DNA of 64,000 nucleotides from the IMG/VR virus record IMGVR_UViG_3300032213_002833, positions 6,528 to 70,527 of that record. One strand, 5' to 3'. The notes beneath the pieces were generated by a model. That model was not told where the DNA came from and searched no databases. It saw only the letters and a program-made list of their open reading frames with translations. Of the stretch, positions 55,163 through 64,000 are shown in pieces (position 1 is the first letter of the stretch; each line of letters opens with the position of its first letter). A program made the position numbers and the translations under genes. This stretch comes from a virus.

Positions 55163-56098
55163 TTAATAGGTTGCAGAGCATAAGTGAGTTTTATGAAAAG
55201 GACAATACTTGCAATTATCGTTTATTTTAGGTTGGTGTTCAACTTGTTTAAAACCATTTCGATCAAATGCTTGTTCTATAAATTCCTCTATTGATTTTGT
55301 TACTTTATTTAGTTTTACTTTACCTGCTGCTGGTTTGTGGATTTGTACACGTTTGATAACAAAATTTTCGCTTTCAAATATTTTACGTTTTACAATCAAA
55401 AATTCAACTTCAATATTTTCTAATGGGATATTGTAAATCTCGGAGAAATATTTTTTATATGCTATGAGTTGAAATTGTTTATTTTCATCCGATTTTTGTT
55501 TTTTATTCCAACCATTATAAGATGTTTTAATATCTATAATTCTAATTTTATTTGTTGGTTCGTGATATAAAACAACATCAATGAATCCTTGAAGTAATAC
55601 GTTTTGGTATTTTGAATGTGGGGTTAGTACAATAGGTATTTCACATCCAACTAAATGCCATCCTCGTTTACCAAAATATTTTGTTTTGTCTTTAGATAGT
55701 TCTCTTATTATTTCAACTCCATCTTCGTAAAATTCTCTTAGTTCTCCAGGTTCAGAGAAATGTTGGTTGTTGTTTGATTTGTATTGTTTTTTATATTCTT
55801 CACGGAGTTTTTCCTCTAGCATTTCAGATGTGTTAAGTCTGTCTGCTTCGGCTCCACTTTGTTCATAAAATACAGTTAGGTAATGCTGGAGTGTTTCGTG
55901 GAATGCTGTTCCAAAAACAGTGTGAATGGTTGAAGTGAATTGTTTGTGTCCTTCCTTGTATTGTAGTGACCATTTTTTAGGGCAATCATTGAACATTGAA
56001 AGTTGAGAGTAGGAAATGGACTTTTGAGTTGCAAAGTCTATTTGAGGTAGAACTTTTTCTTTTATTTCCTTTAATACGGAAGGTACCTTTTTTTTCAT
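55163..56098 (-). CDS. PD-(D/E)XK nuclease (RecB/Cas4-like)
   Basis: 'SYSQLSMFNDCP', 'FGTAFHE', 'GFID', 'IIDIKT', 'QLIAY', 'CKYCPF...C'. Confidence 0.85.
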   Translation of the reverse strand: MKKKVPSVLKEIKEKVLPQIDFATQKSISYSQLSMFNDCPKKWSLQYKEGHKQFTSTIHTVFGTAFHETLQHYLTVFYEQSGAEADRLNTSEMLEEKLREEYKKQYKSNNNQHFSEPGELREFYEDGVEIIRELSKDKTKYFGKRGWHLVGCEIPIVLTPHSKYQNVLLQGFIDVVLYHEPTNKIRIIDIKTSYNGWNKKQKSDENKQFQLIAYKKYFSEIYNIPLENIEVEFLIVKRKIFESENFVIKRVQIHKPAAGKVKLNKVTKSIEEFIEQAFDRNGFKQVEHQPKINDNCKYCPFHKTHLCSATY

Positions 56099-56112
56099 TG
56101 TATAAAGATACA

Positions 56113-56140
56113 AAAAAAGCCTGCCAAAGGCAAGCTTTCT
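56113..56140 (-). terminator. terminator hairpin
   Basis: AGCTTGCC-TTT-GGCAGGCT-TTTTTT. Confidence 0.6.
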
Positions 56141-56223
56141 TTAAATTTTTGAAATTATCTTGATAGCGACAATAAGATAATCTCTTGCTATAACTAGCAA
56201 ACGGTCCTAAGCCGTGTCGTAAG

Positions 56224-56457
56224 TTACTTAATGATACCGGCTCTTAACTGCCAAAGTTTCATTTCTTCAATATTTTCTTGAGGTCCAACTATGTTTTCGT
56301 AATCAATCATTCCTAATGTTCCTCCGATACGAGATAAATCTATAGCGTTTTCAGCAACACGATGTAAATCCATATCGTCTTTGGCATCTTCTCTAGCATA
56401 TTCGAGTAATCGAATAAATAGAGGAACATCTAATTTAATCGTGTCTTTTGGGTTCAT
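56224..56457 (-). CDS. conserved phage protein, possible head protein
   Basis: 'DVPLFIRLLEYAREDAKDDMDLH'; C-terminal 'QLRAGIIK'. Confidence 0.7.
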   Translation of the reverse strand: MNPKDTIKLDVPLFIRLLEYAREDAKDDMDLHRVAENAIDLSRIGGTLGMIDYENIVGPQENIEEMKLWQLRAGIIK

Positions 56458-56458
56458 G

Positions 56459-57007
56459 TTAGTAGTTATTTGGTTCTTCTACTTCTTTTCCTTCGTCTAA
56501 ATCTTCATCATCTTTTTCTTCCCCTTCTTCTAGGTCTTGTTCTCTGTTTTCAAATTTAGTTTCGTATCTTTCACTTAAGAAATGTTCAAAAGCATCTTCG
56601 TATGATTCTTTTTCACGTTTAGCAAATGGGCTATTAATAGCACCCATTCCAACAAAGTTTTCGTTTATTGATTCTTTGTTTTCTTTTTCTTCGTTTTCTT
56701 GCAATTTAGCTTTATATTCACCTTCTGTGATTACACCTGCTAACATTTGCATACGTAATTGTTCGTTTGTCATAATTGTGGTTTCTAAAATTGTGTTATA
56801 TCTAAATTCATAAGCATTGAATAATCTATTTAATTCTTTACTTACAATACGTTGTTGTTCTAAACTTGAGGAAGAATTTATTATGGATAAAAAAGCATCT
56901 AAAATGTCTTTCATGACCCATATATCCTCAGGATGATCCGTTTTTAATTTTTTATTTAAATTATCTAAACGTTTTCCTATAGGTTGAAAAGAATCATTTT
57001 TTTCCAT
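56459..57007 (-). CDS. acidic hypothetical protein with internal RMQMLAG module (possible internal start at 56773)
   Basis: 'MTNEQLRMQMLAGVITEGEYK'. Confidence 0.6.
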   Translation of the reverse strand: MEKNDSFQPIGKRLDNLNKKLKTDHPEDIWVMKDILDAFLSIINSSSSLEQQRIVSKELNRLFNAYEFRYNTILETTIMTNEQLRMQMLAGVITEGEYKAKLQENEEKENKESINENFVGMGAINSPFAKREKESYEDAFEHFLSERYETKFENREQDLEEGEEKDDEDLDEGKEVEEPNNY

Positions 57008-57175
57008 TTCTCCAATAATTTACAGCAACATCTACAGCGGTTCTCAATTGCTCAATTAAATCATCAACTTTCTTCTTTTCTTCAGGGTTTATCTCACTTT
57101 CATTTAAAGTGTTTTTCCACTCTAAATTTTCAAATTTAATATCCTTGTATTTACCTTCCATGTTTATTATAAATA

Positions 57176-57457
57176 TTATAGAGTTTTTGATTTACGCAAT
57201 ACTGTTAAAGCTTTCTGCATGTATAGAATATCATCTAATTTTTCCTGGATACTATGTTCGAGCCAATCTTCTAGAGATAGGTCGGATCTATCCAAATCTG
57301 TGTTGTATTTCTGTTTTCCTATAGTGGCTCTTTCAATAAATTTATCAATGATAGAATCTACGATTGAATCTGTTGTTGAAATTATTCGTTCGTTTTTTCC
57401 AATTGATATTCCGTATGGTTTACCTGTTAAAGGATCTTTTTGTGGTACAAATGTCAT
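57176..57457 (-). CDS. hypothetical protein, possible NTP-pyrophosphatase (MazG-like) fold
   Basis: 'RATIGKQKY...WLEHSIQEKLDDILY'. Confidence 0.55.
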   Translation of the reverse strand: MTFVPQKDPLTGKPYGISIGKNERIISTTDSIVDSIIDKFIERATIGKQKYNTDLDRSDLSLEDWLEHSIQEKLDDILYMQKALTVLRKSKTL

Positions 57458-57882
57458 TTCATTAATTTTTTGGCTTCTTTTTCATCTACTCCCATTTCAT
57501 ATAAAATAGAGCGTACTCCATGTTCACGTAAAATGTCAATGTATTCTTCTGCTTCTCCTAATCCGCATTCAAAATATTTTGCTACATATTCTACCAATGT
57601 AGTTGGTTTTTTCTTAGTGTTTGATTTAATCCACTTGAAAAACATTTTACGTTTTGGAATCATTTCTTTGTAAATTGAATATATTTGTTTCTTTTGATCA
57701 TATGGTACAGTTTGGACAAAATTAACCAATTCAATAAAATTTTGATTCATTGAAATAGAACGGTTAACTGTATAGCTATTCCAATTGTCCCAAGACTCCT
57801 CTGAAATATCTTCAACAGGAGTCTTAAAATAGACAATTTCATCTAACCATTTCCAAACTGTAGGGATATGTTTTTTAGACAT
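57454..57882 (-). CDS. clamp loader small subunit (T4 gp62-like)
   Basis: 'WNSYTVNRSIS...LVN', 'IPKRKMFFKWIK', 'VAKYFEC...EAEEYIDIL'. Confidence 0.7.
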   Translation of the reverse strand: MSKKHIPTVWKWLDEIVYFKTPVEDISEESWDNWNSYTVNRSISMNQNFIELVNFVQTVPYDQKKQIYSIYKEMIPKRKMFFKWIKSNTKKKPTTLVEYVAKYFECGLGEAEEYIDILREHGVRSILYEMGVDEKEAKKLMK

Positions 57883-58117
57883 CTAAAGTAATATCTTTAT
57901 ATTCGTCACGGATTTCTTTTGGGAGTGAATCTGCTAAGATTTTTTTAGATTCCAAATCGTAAAATACAGGGATAGGCATAAGCATATCTTCGTCTGTTCC
58001 TGTAATGAATTTAGATACTTTACGAATTACTACTGCTTGTCCGAATAATTTACCTCCATCAAATCCTTCTATGGATGTTGTGTTTTGGAAGTCAATGTTC
58101 ATTTTTGGTTGTTCCAT
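57875..58117 (-). CDS. hypothetical protein
   Basis: 'IRKVSKFITGT...PIPVF'. Confidence 0.65.
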   Translation of the reverse strand: MEQPKMNIDFQNTTSIEGFDGGKLFGQAVVIRKVSKFITGTDEDMLMPIPVFYDLESKKILADSLPKEIRDEYKDITLDV

Positions 58118-58302
58118 TTTTATTTGTTTTTAACGGTTAATAAATCTTCTAACATCGTGTTATATACATCATTTAATACAGGTTGCCCGTGAAATTCTTT
58201 AGCAGCATCAACTGTTGATTTTTTAATTGTAGATGAAATTAATACATTGTTTTGTTCATCTAAGATTTGGATTTTAATTTTTAAATTTTCCATTTTTATT
58301 TA

Positions 58303-58506
58303 TTATTTATTTGTTTTTTCTTTTTTATATTCTATAAAGTCATGTATAAACCCAGCTGCAACTATTATGTTCATTCCAAGCGATACTATTATTTCATGTA
58401 TGTCTTGGTAAACAGTTGTCATTAAATGAATATGTCCTACTGTCCAAAAAGGTACGGACAAATTTTGAGATACCCACGAAAGAGTGTATTTTAAAAAATA
58501 TTTCAT
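58303..58506 (-). CDS. small membrane protein
   Basis: 67-aa ORF. Confidence 0.55.
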   Translation of the reverse strand: MKYFLKYTLSWVSQNLSVPFWTVGHIHLMTTVYQDIHEIIVSLGMNIIVAAGFIHDFIEYKKEKTNK

Positions 58507-58524
58507 ATTGCTTAAATATACTAA

Positions 58525-59187
58525 CTATTCTTTAAATCTCCAAAAATAACCACCTATTCTATACCCTTTTTTAATTCCTTTACTAACTGTGCCTTTTGCA
58601 ATATTTAAATCTTTTTCTGCTTCTATCTGGGAAGTATATTCTTTAATTATATTTCTATTATCGTCCATGCATATAACTGGTTTGTAGTTGGATGTATGGG
58701 GTTTTCCTTTTAATGGGCTAATTTTTCCTTTTCGTTGTTTTGAAAGTTTTTCCCCAAATCCTGATGGTTTGGGTTTTCCTTTATTTGAATTTCCTAAATT
58801 TTTTCCATGTTCTTTTAATTGGAGGCTATTTTTCCAGTACTCTGGTTTTGATTTGCCTTTGTTCGATTTGCTAATTTTCTCTCCTCTATTTTGGTATGCC
58901 TCAGTTTTAGTAAATTTATCTGTTCTTCCATAACTCTTATTGGTTTTATTGTAAAATAGTGGGTTTAAAGCAGCATCAAAATATTCTAACCAATATATTT
59001 CTCTTTGATTTAGTTCTTCTATAGATAAACAATTCTCCAAAATTTCTTTTTTAAAATTATTTCTTCCATATTTTTTAATATCTCTGTTAAGATCTGTTCC
59101 ACCTCCCAAATATGATTTAAGATTGTTTCTATCTTTGCCTATATATTTTTTCCCATTAATGGTATTAGTTGTTAAATAAATTATCAT
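58525..59187 (-). CDS. GIY-YIG homing endonuclease (Seg-like) with NUMOD repeats
   Basis: 'IIYLTTNTINGKKYIGK', 'YLGGG', 'REIYW', repeated 'NKGK', NUMOD1-like end. Confidence 0.87.
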   Translation of the reverse strand: MIIYLTTNTINGKKYIGKDRNNLKSYLGGGTDLNRDIKKYGRNNFKKEILENCLSIEELNQREIYWLEYFDAALNPLFYNKTNKSYGRTDKFTKTEAYQNRGEKISKSNKGKSKPEYWKNSLQLKEHGKNLGNSNKGKPKPSGFGEKLSKQRKGKISPLKGKPHTSNYKPVICMDDNRNIIKEYTSQIEAEKDLNIAKGTVSKGIKKGYRIGGYFWRFKE

Positions 59188-59251
59188 TTTATTATAAATA
59201 TTTAATCAGTGTCTGTTATTAGCTGTCTAAATATTACTTTTATATGACGTT

Positions 59252-60166
59252 TTATGATTTTAATTCAATAATTTTAGCTATACAAGAAGCTATATTAATC
59301 TCTTTATCTATTCGAAAATTAGCTTGATATAAATGTTCATTTAATATGATAGCAACAGAACCCTCCCTCCCAGGAATATATTTTGAAGCATAGTCAAATA
59401 AGTTTCGGTACAATTCTTCAAAATCTTTCGTATTCGAGTCAATAATTGTCTGACGGATTTTTGTAAAGTTAGGTTTAATTTGGGCTAGTTCTTTCAATAC
59501 CTCTTTAATATAGTTATTTGAGGTTAAAACGGTTTCGTCAAGTACAATAGCATCATCTTTTACAGACATTTGTAAAACGTTTAACATTTTACGCATGTCA
59601 GGATAGTACTTAACGATTAGATTTTTTATATCATCTTGCTCATAAGACACATTAAGTTGATCTGTTAAAATCCAAGTCAAATGGTTATACACATCCATTT
59701 TAGTTGGAGGTACAATTTTAAGAGTATGGCATCTGGATTGTAAAGGATCAATAATTCGCTCTATAAAGTTACAAGTTAAAATAAAACGTGTTGAGCGGGA
59801 AAATGTTTCAATTACATTACGTAATGCGGCTTGTCCTTGAACAGTAATGAAATCGGCTTCATCTAGAATTACTACTTTGATACCTTTCCAAGATGCAGCA
59901 CTAGCAAATCCCTTTACTTTTTCTCGGATTGCATCTATACCATTTTCATCACTTGCATTTAAAAAAAGATAGTCACAATCCAAATTTTTGACTATAATTT
60001 TGGCCAATGTTGTTTTTCCGCAGCCAGGTGGACCATAGAAGATAAAATTTTGCATATCACCTTGGTCAATGTATTTTTGGATAGTGTCTTTAACGGTTTC
60101 GTTTCCAACATATGACTCTAAAGATGTAGGACGAAAACGCTCTACATATAACGTATTTTCTTTCAT
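59252..60166 (-). CDS. clamp loader large subunit (RFC / T4 gp44-like AAA+ ATPase)
   Basis: 'VERFRP', 'GPPGCGKTT', 'NASDENG', 'LDEAD', 'LQSRC'. Confidence 0.92.
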   Translation of the reverse strand: MKENTLYVERFRPTSLESYVGNETVKDTIQKYIDQGDMQNFIFYGPPGCGKTTLAKIIVKNLDCDYLFLNASDENGIDAIREKVKGFASAASWKGIKVVILDEADFITVQGQAALRNVIETFSRSTRFILTCNFIERIIDPLQSRCHTLKIVPPTKMDVYNHLTWILTDQLNVSYEQDDIKNLIVKYYPDMRKMLNVLQMSVKDDAIVLDETVLTSNNYIKEVLKELAQIKPNFTKIRQTIIDSNTKDFEELYRNLFDYASKYIPGREGSVAIILNEHLYQANFRIDKEINIASCIAKIIELKS

Positions 60167-60179
60167 AACCATAATATAC

Positions 60180-60208
60180 AAAAAAAGCTTGCACTAGGCA
60201 AGCTTTTT
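60180..60208. terminator. bidirectional-type terminator hairpin
   Basis: aaaaaagcttgc-actag-gcaagcttttt. Confidence 0.65.
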
Positions 60209-60228
60209 ATTTAAGTATTTTATTTTGT

Positions 60229-60690
60229 TTAATCAAAAGCAGCTTTTACCCAAGATTGAATATTTTGAATTTTAGGATTATTTGTATTCCCTCGGGAGAT
60301 CTCTCTCTCTAGACCATCAGTATAATTCTCAAATTCATTCAGGTCTATTCCTTTATCTGTTAAAGCTTCTTCACGCTCACTATCTCCATCCCAATATTCA
60401 TTTGGTTTTCTTCCTGTAAGGATATTTGCTAAAATATCTCTAGTAGCATAAGGAAGATCGTACACAGCTTCTTCGGGTCCATCTTCTTTCTTCATTTCCT
60501 TAAATCTTTTAACTATAGCATCTTCAAAATCTTTTCGATGTTTAGAAGCTAATGTTACTTCAGTATTCCCAGGAGCAGGGTAAGATTTTCCAACTCTACC
60601 CATAATTTCTTCTTCTTCCATTTTTTCTTTATATTGGCTCTCTGTGATAATACCAGCCAACATTTGCATACGTAATTGTTCTTTTGTCAT
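60229..60690 (-). CDS. probable internal head protein with RMQMLAG leader
   Basis: 'MTKEQLRMQMLAGIITESQY'. Confidence 0.6.
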   Translation of the reverse strand: MTKEQLRMQMLAGIITESQYKEKMEEEEIMGRVGKSYPAPGNTEVTLASKHRKDFEDAIVKRFKEMKKEDGPEEAVYDLPYATRDILANILTGRKPNEYWDGDSEREEALTDKGIDLNEFENYTDGLEREISRGNTNNPKIQNIQSWVKAAFD

Positions 60691-60760
60691 TTTATTTTAA
60701 TTAAATTAATTTTCGTTTCTAGTGATAAATATATAAAAAAAATTAAGGTTTCCAAGGATT

Positions 60761-61132
60761 TTAATATCTTTGTGATCTCATATATGCTTTTTCTAGAGTT
60801 TCACCTGGTCCTCTATCTCTATATTTTCCACCTACATCACCAACTGCAACTCGATACATTGGATCGTTCATCAATTCATCAAATGTTGCTTTTATTTTAG
60901 CTAAATAGTCCTTGTATCCTTCTGAAATTTTGATTAGTTCTTCTCTTTCTTCTGGGGTGTCATAGAAGCGTCCTAGATTTCCATCTCCTTCTGCATCCAT
61001 TTTGTCAGCATTTTCTCTAGTGAATAAACCAACTTGTGAAATCATTTGGCCTGCATCGTAGTACAAATCTGTTCCTTCTGCTTCGTTTATCTTGTTTTCA
61101 GCTAAATATTTTTTTAAATCGAAATTGTCCAT
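60761..61132 (-). CDS. probable internal head protein
   Basis: 'MDNFDLKKYLAENKINE' leader. Confidence 0.6.
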   Translation of the reverse strand: MDNFDLKKYLAENKINEAEGTDLYYDAGQMISQVGLFTRENADKMDAEGDGNLGRFYDTPEEREELIKISEGYKDYLAKIKATFDELMNDPMYRVAVGDVGGKYRDRGPGETLEKAYMRSQRY

Positions 61133-62091
61133 TACAGTCCTGCTATTTTTCTCATTCTATACATTCCATAATCAAAATCAACTTCTTCTTTCAATGTTGA
61201 TTTTTTAATTAAAAGTTTTTGTCTTTGGTCTTTTGAAATGCCTGTTACAGTTACTTTATATTTTCTTTCACCGTTTACTTCAACTGGTTCAACTTCATAT
61301 TTAGCTGTTGGAACTTCTCCAATTTCTTTACGTAGCAAATCTCTAAATTTATCGGCTTTGTCTTTTGTATCTGCAGTTACAGTTAGAGGTGGTACCTCTT
61401 CTGCTTTTGGTTTTTCTACCGTTTTAGGTGCTTCACCTGCATCTTGTTCTACATCAACTAAAGTATATTCAACTCCGGCATTGTCCATAATTGTTTTCAA
61501 TACTTTAGACAAATATGGTTTTGTTTTGTATGGGTTTTCAAGTGTGTAAGGAAAAACAATTTTTCCATCTTTTACTACATAGTGAATATCTTGTTCCAAT
61601 TTACCACCATACTTTTTCAAATTGTCAGGTGTTTTCATTGGGTAATAGTTTTTACCATATGTTCCAACTAAACTTTTTGGAAGTGATTTACCTGATAAAG
61701 TATATAGGTAATCGTTTAAGCTACCATCGTTTCCTTCAGCTTGCCATTTTTCATATCCATCTTGAGCTTCTTTTTCAGTAGCAGCCCATGCATCTGGTAC
61801 TCTGTTTTTGATATCAATTATTTTAAATGCTTTTTCGTCATCTGAGCGGGAATCCCAATCTTTCCAAGCAGCTCCAGCTTTTTGTGCAGGAATTGAAGGT
61901 CCAAATGCTTTTTTAATAGCTTCAGGATTTCGCATGTTTTGTGCGTAAATACCGTAGTTTTTAACGTCATCCATTGCTTGCAACGCAGCATCTAAATTTG
62001 TGGGTTGAATGGCAAGATCGTAACGAACCTTTAATTGGTTCATTCCATCTTCTTCTCCTTCAATTTCACGTAGTATATCAGTTAATTTCAT
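61132..62091 (-). CDS. hypothetical protein, probable virion protein
   Basis: 'MKLTDILREIE' start, 'RMRKIAGL' end; upstream ATATTTATA. Confidence 0.65.
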   Translation of the reverse strand: MKLTDILREIEGEEDGMNQLKVRYDLAIQPTNLDAALQAMDDVKNYGIYAQNMRNPEAIKKAFGPSIPAQKAGAAWKDWDSRSDDEKAFKIIDIKNRVPDAWAATEKEAQDGYEKWQAEGNDGSLNDYLYTLSGKSLPKSLVGTYGKNYYPMKTPDNLKKYGGKLEQDIHYVVKDGKIVFPYTLENPYKTKPYLSKVLKTIMDNAGVEYTLVDVEQDAGEAPKTVEKPKAEEVPPLTVTADTKDKADKFRDLLRKEIGEVPTAKYEVEPVEVNGERKYKVTVTGISKDQRQKLLIKKSTLKEEVDFDYGMYRMRKIAGL

Positions 62092-62120
62092 AATTATAAA
62101 TATGTAAAAAAAGGGACCTG

Positions 62121-62387
62121 CTATAGCATGTCCCCATAAATATTATAGCGTTTAACAGGTTCAGGTTGAATTTCTTTTTCCTCGCTTCGTATAACATAAA
62201 GTTTACTATCTAAAGGAGCTAAACGAAATTCTACGTTTTCTTGATTTACCTCAAACCATGCCTCTAGAGCATCTGTAAGGGATTTGTGGACTACTTTGTT
62301 TTTGTCTTCTACTAGGATCCAAGTGTCACCTTGTCCTTTTACTCTGGTTGCAATTAACTCGTTATATTCTTCTATTTTTACTTGCAT
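62121..62387 (-). CDS. hypothetical protein
   Basis: 88 aa, start overlaps the groEL stop. Confidence 0.6.
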   Translation of the reverse strand: MQVKIEEYNELIATRVKGQGDTWILVEDKNKVVHKSLTDALEAWFEVNQENVEFRLAPLDSKLYVIRSEEKEIQPEPVKRYNIYGDML

Positions 62388-64000
62388 TACATCATCATTG
62401 AAGGATCATACATTGGTTGCTCTGATTTTTTGTCTTCAGGTTTATCAACTACAACACATTCTGTTAATAGAATAGTTCCAGCAATTGAAGCAGCATTCAC
62501 TAATGCGTTTTTAGTTACTTTTTGTGGGTCAATGATACCAGATTTTTTCATATCAACGATAGTTTCTGTTTTAATATTATATCCACTCCAAGTACCTTTT
62601 TGTTTTCCAATTTCCATTTTAATTGGATACATATCACTTTCAGCATATCCTGCATTTGATAAAATTTGCTCAAATGGTTTACCACATGCTCTATGAACTA
62701 AACGTTTTCCATAATTGAAATCGTCTGAATCGTTTTTAGAGGTAGTAATACCTTCACGAGCATATAATAAAGCAGAACCACCACCTGGTACAATACCATC
62801 TTCTAAAGCACATTGTGTAGCGTGAAGTGCATCATCTACTCTATCTTTTTTCTCTTTCATTTCAGTTTCTGTACTTCCACCTACGTGAACCAAAGCAACT
62901 CCACCTACAAATTTAGATAAACGTTCTTGTAGTTTTTCTACCTCAAAGGGTGTTTGTGCTTTTTCAATTTGTGCTTGTAATTCTTCTGCTCTAGCTGTAA
63001 TTGTTTCTGCATTTCCACTTCCGTCAATAATAGTGGTTTTTTCTTTAGTTACAGTAACTGTTTTAGCTTCACCAAACCATTCCCAATTGAATTTGTCTAG
63101 TTTCATACCTTTGTCTTTATCAAATACTGTTCCACCAGTTAAGATAGCAATATCTTCCAAAATTAATTTTCTACGCTCACCAAAGTCAGGTGCTTTAACA
63201 GCACATACTTTAAGTGTACCTCTCATTTTGTTTACAATAAGTGTAGCTAATGCTTCGCTGTCTACATCTTCTGCTATAATCAACAATGATTTTCCTTTTT
63301 GCGATACACCCTCTAAAATTGGAAGTAATTCTTTTACTTGAGTAAAACGGTAATCTGCAATCAAAACATAAGTATCTTGAAGTAATGCTGACATATTATT
63401 ATTGTTTGTAACAAAGTAAGGGGATTTATAACCACGATCAAATTGCATTCCCTCTACTACTTCTAAATATGTTTCATCTGTTTTAGATTCTTCAATGTAA
63501 ACTACACCTTCACGTCCTACTTTTTCCATAGCACGAGCAATTAATTTTCCTATTTCAGGATCATTGTTTGCTGAAATAGTGGCAATTTGTTCAAGTTGTT
63601 CTTCAGATGTGATTTTTTCTGAATTTTCTTTTAAAGTGGATAATACTTCTTTTACTCCAGAATCAATTCCTCTTTTAATTTCAACTGCATTTGCTCCTTC
63701 ATTCAATTTAGCTAGACCCCATTTAACTAATTCACGTGCTAATAAAGTTGATGTTGTCGTACCGTCTCCAGCATGGTCAGCTGTTTTAATAGCGGCTTGT
63801 TTTACTAATTGTGCTCCTAAATTTTCAATTGGATCTTCCAATTCTGAAATTGTTTTTGCAACTGAAACACCATCTTTTGTTGAAACAACCATTCCATTTT
63901 CAACATATACAACATTTCGTCCATTAGGTCCCAATGTTGCTACTACTGCATCTGCTAAAGTGTCAATACCTTTAACTAATTTTTTACGAGCCTCTGCTCC
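62387..64000 (-). CDS. groEL: chaperonin GroEL (Cpn60), 5'-truncated by the window edge
   Basis: 'TLGPNGRNV', 'TKDGVSVAK', 'AGDGTTT', 'GMQFDRGY', 'GIVPGGG'; frame continues to 64000 (GAEARKKLVKGIDTLADAV...). Confidence 0.95.
   Translation of the reverse strand, partial: GAEARKKLVKGIDTLADAVVATLGPNGRNVVYVENGMVVSTKDGVSVAKTISELEDPIENLGAQLVKQAAIKTADHAGDGTTTSTLLARELVKWGLAKLNEGANAVEIKRGIDSGVKEVLSTLKENSEKITSEEQLEQIATISANNDPEIGKLIARAMEKVGREGVVYIEESKTDETYLEVVEGMQFDRGYKSPYFVTNNNNMSALLQDTYVLIADYRFTQVKELLPILEGVSQKGKSLLIIAEDVDSEALATLIVNKMRGTLKVCAVKAPDFGERRKLILEDIAILTGGTVFDKDKGMKLDKFNWEWFGEAKTVTVTKEKTTIIDGSGNAETITARAEELQAQIEKAQTPFEVEKLQERLSKFVGGVALVHVGGSTETEMKEKKDRVDDALHATQCALEDGIVPGGGSALLYAREGITTSKNDSDDFNYGKRLVHRACGKPFEQILSNAGYAESDMYPIKMEIGKQKGTWSGYNIKTETIVDMKKSGIIDPQKVTKNALVNAASIAGTILLTECVVVDKPEDKKSEQPMYDPSMMM

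Noticed and set aside
55163-56098. Cas4 of a CRISPR system
   Set aside because: Stand-alone PD-(D/E)XK nuclease with no array or other cas genes in the window.
50872-59187. Group I introns housing the GIY-YIG genes
   Set aside because: Flanking genes look complete and no intron core was recognised; they appear free-standing.
1896-63341. All plus-strand ORFs in the track (for example 1896-2093, 12444-12626, 16965-17339, 30034-30426, 42634-42993, 63033-63341)
   Set aside because: They are antisense shadows of coherent minus-strand genes or RNAs, with no recognisable motifs or promoter context.

Overview
64 kb of a large, strongly AT-rich tailed-phage genome, probably a jumbo-type myovirus with a Bacteroidota host (inferred from promoter shape, A-rich starts without Shine-Dalgarno and a T9SS-cargo-like gene). 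Essentially all real genes are on the minus strand. 1-15.5 kb is a tail/baseplate module: a >1968-aa ORF running off the left edge, gp6-, gp25- and gp5-like proteins, and a gp55-like sigma factor. About 16-37 kb holds small accessory/early genes, most with their own copy of a fixed-spacing promoter (GGA[A/C]T-N20-CGTATATT). This block includes a segment whose coding strand is almost free of cytosine (21.9-23.0 kb). 40.1-42.5 kb has six canonical tRNAs, aberrant tRNA-like elements and several unassigned structured RNAs, one about 380 nt. 45-55 kb is a glycosyltransferase/methyltransferase cluster. 55-64 kb has a PD-(D/E)XK nuclease, clamp-loader subunits, a second GIY-YIG endonuclease, probable internal head proteins and a partial GroEL. 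The most unusual observations are the cytosine-free genes, a dispersed family of tRNA mimics with a conserved acceptor/T scaffold but replaced anticodon arms, and the large structured ncRNA. All protein calls come from motif recognition by eye, not database searches.
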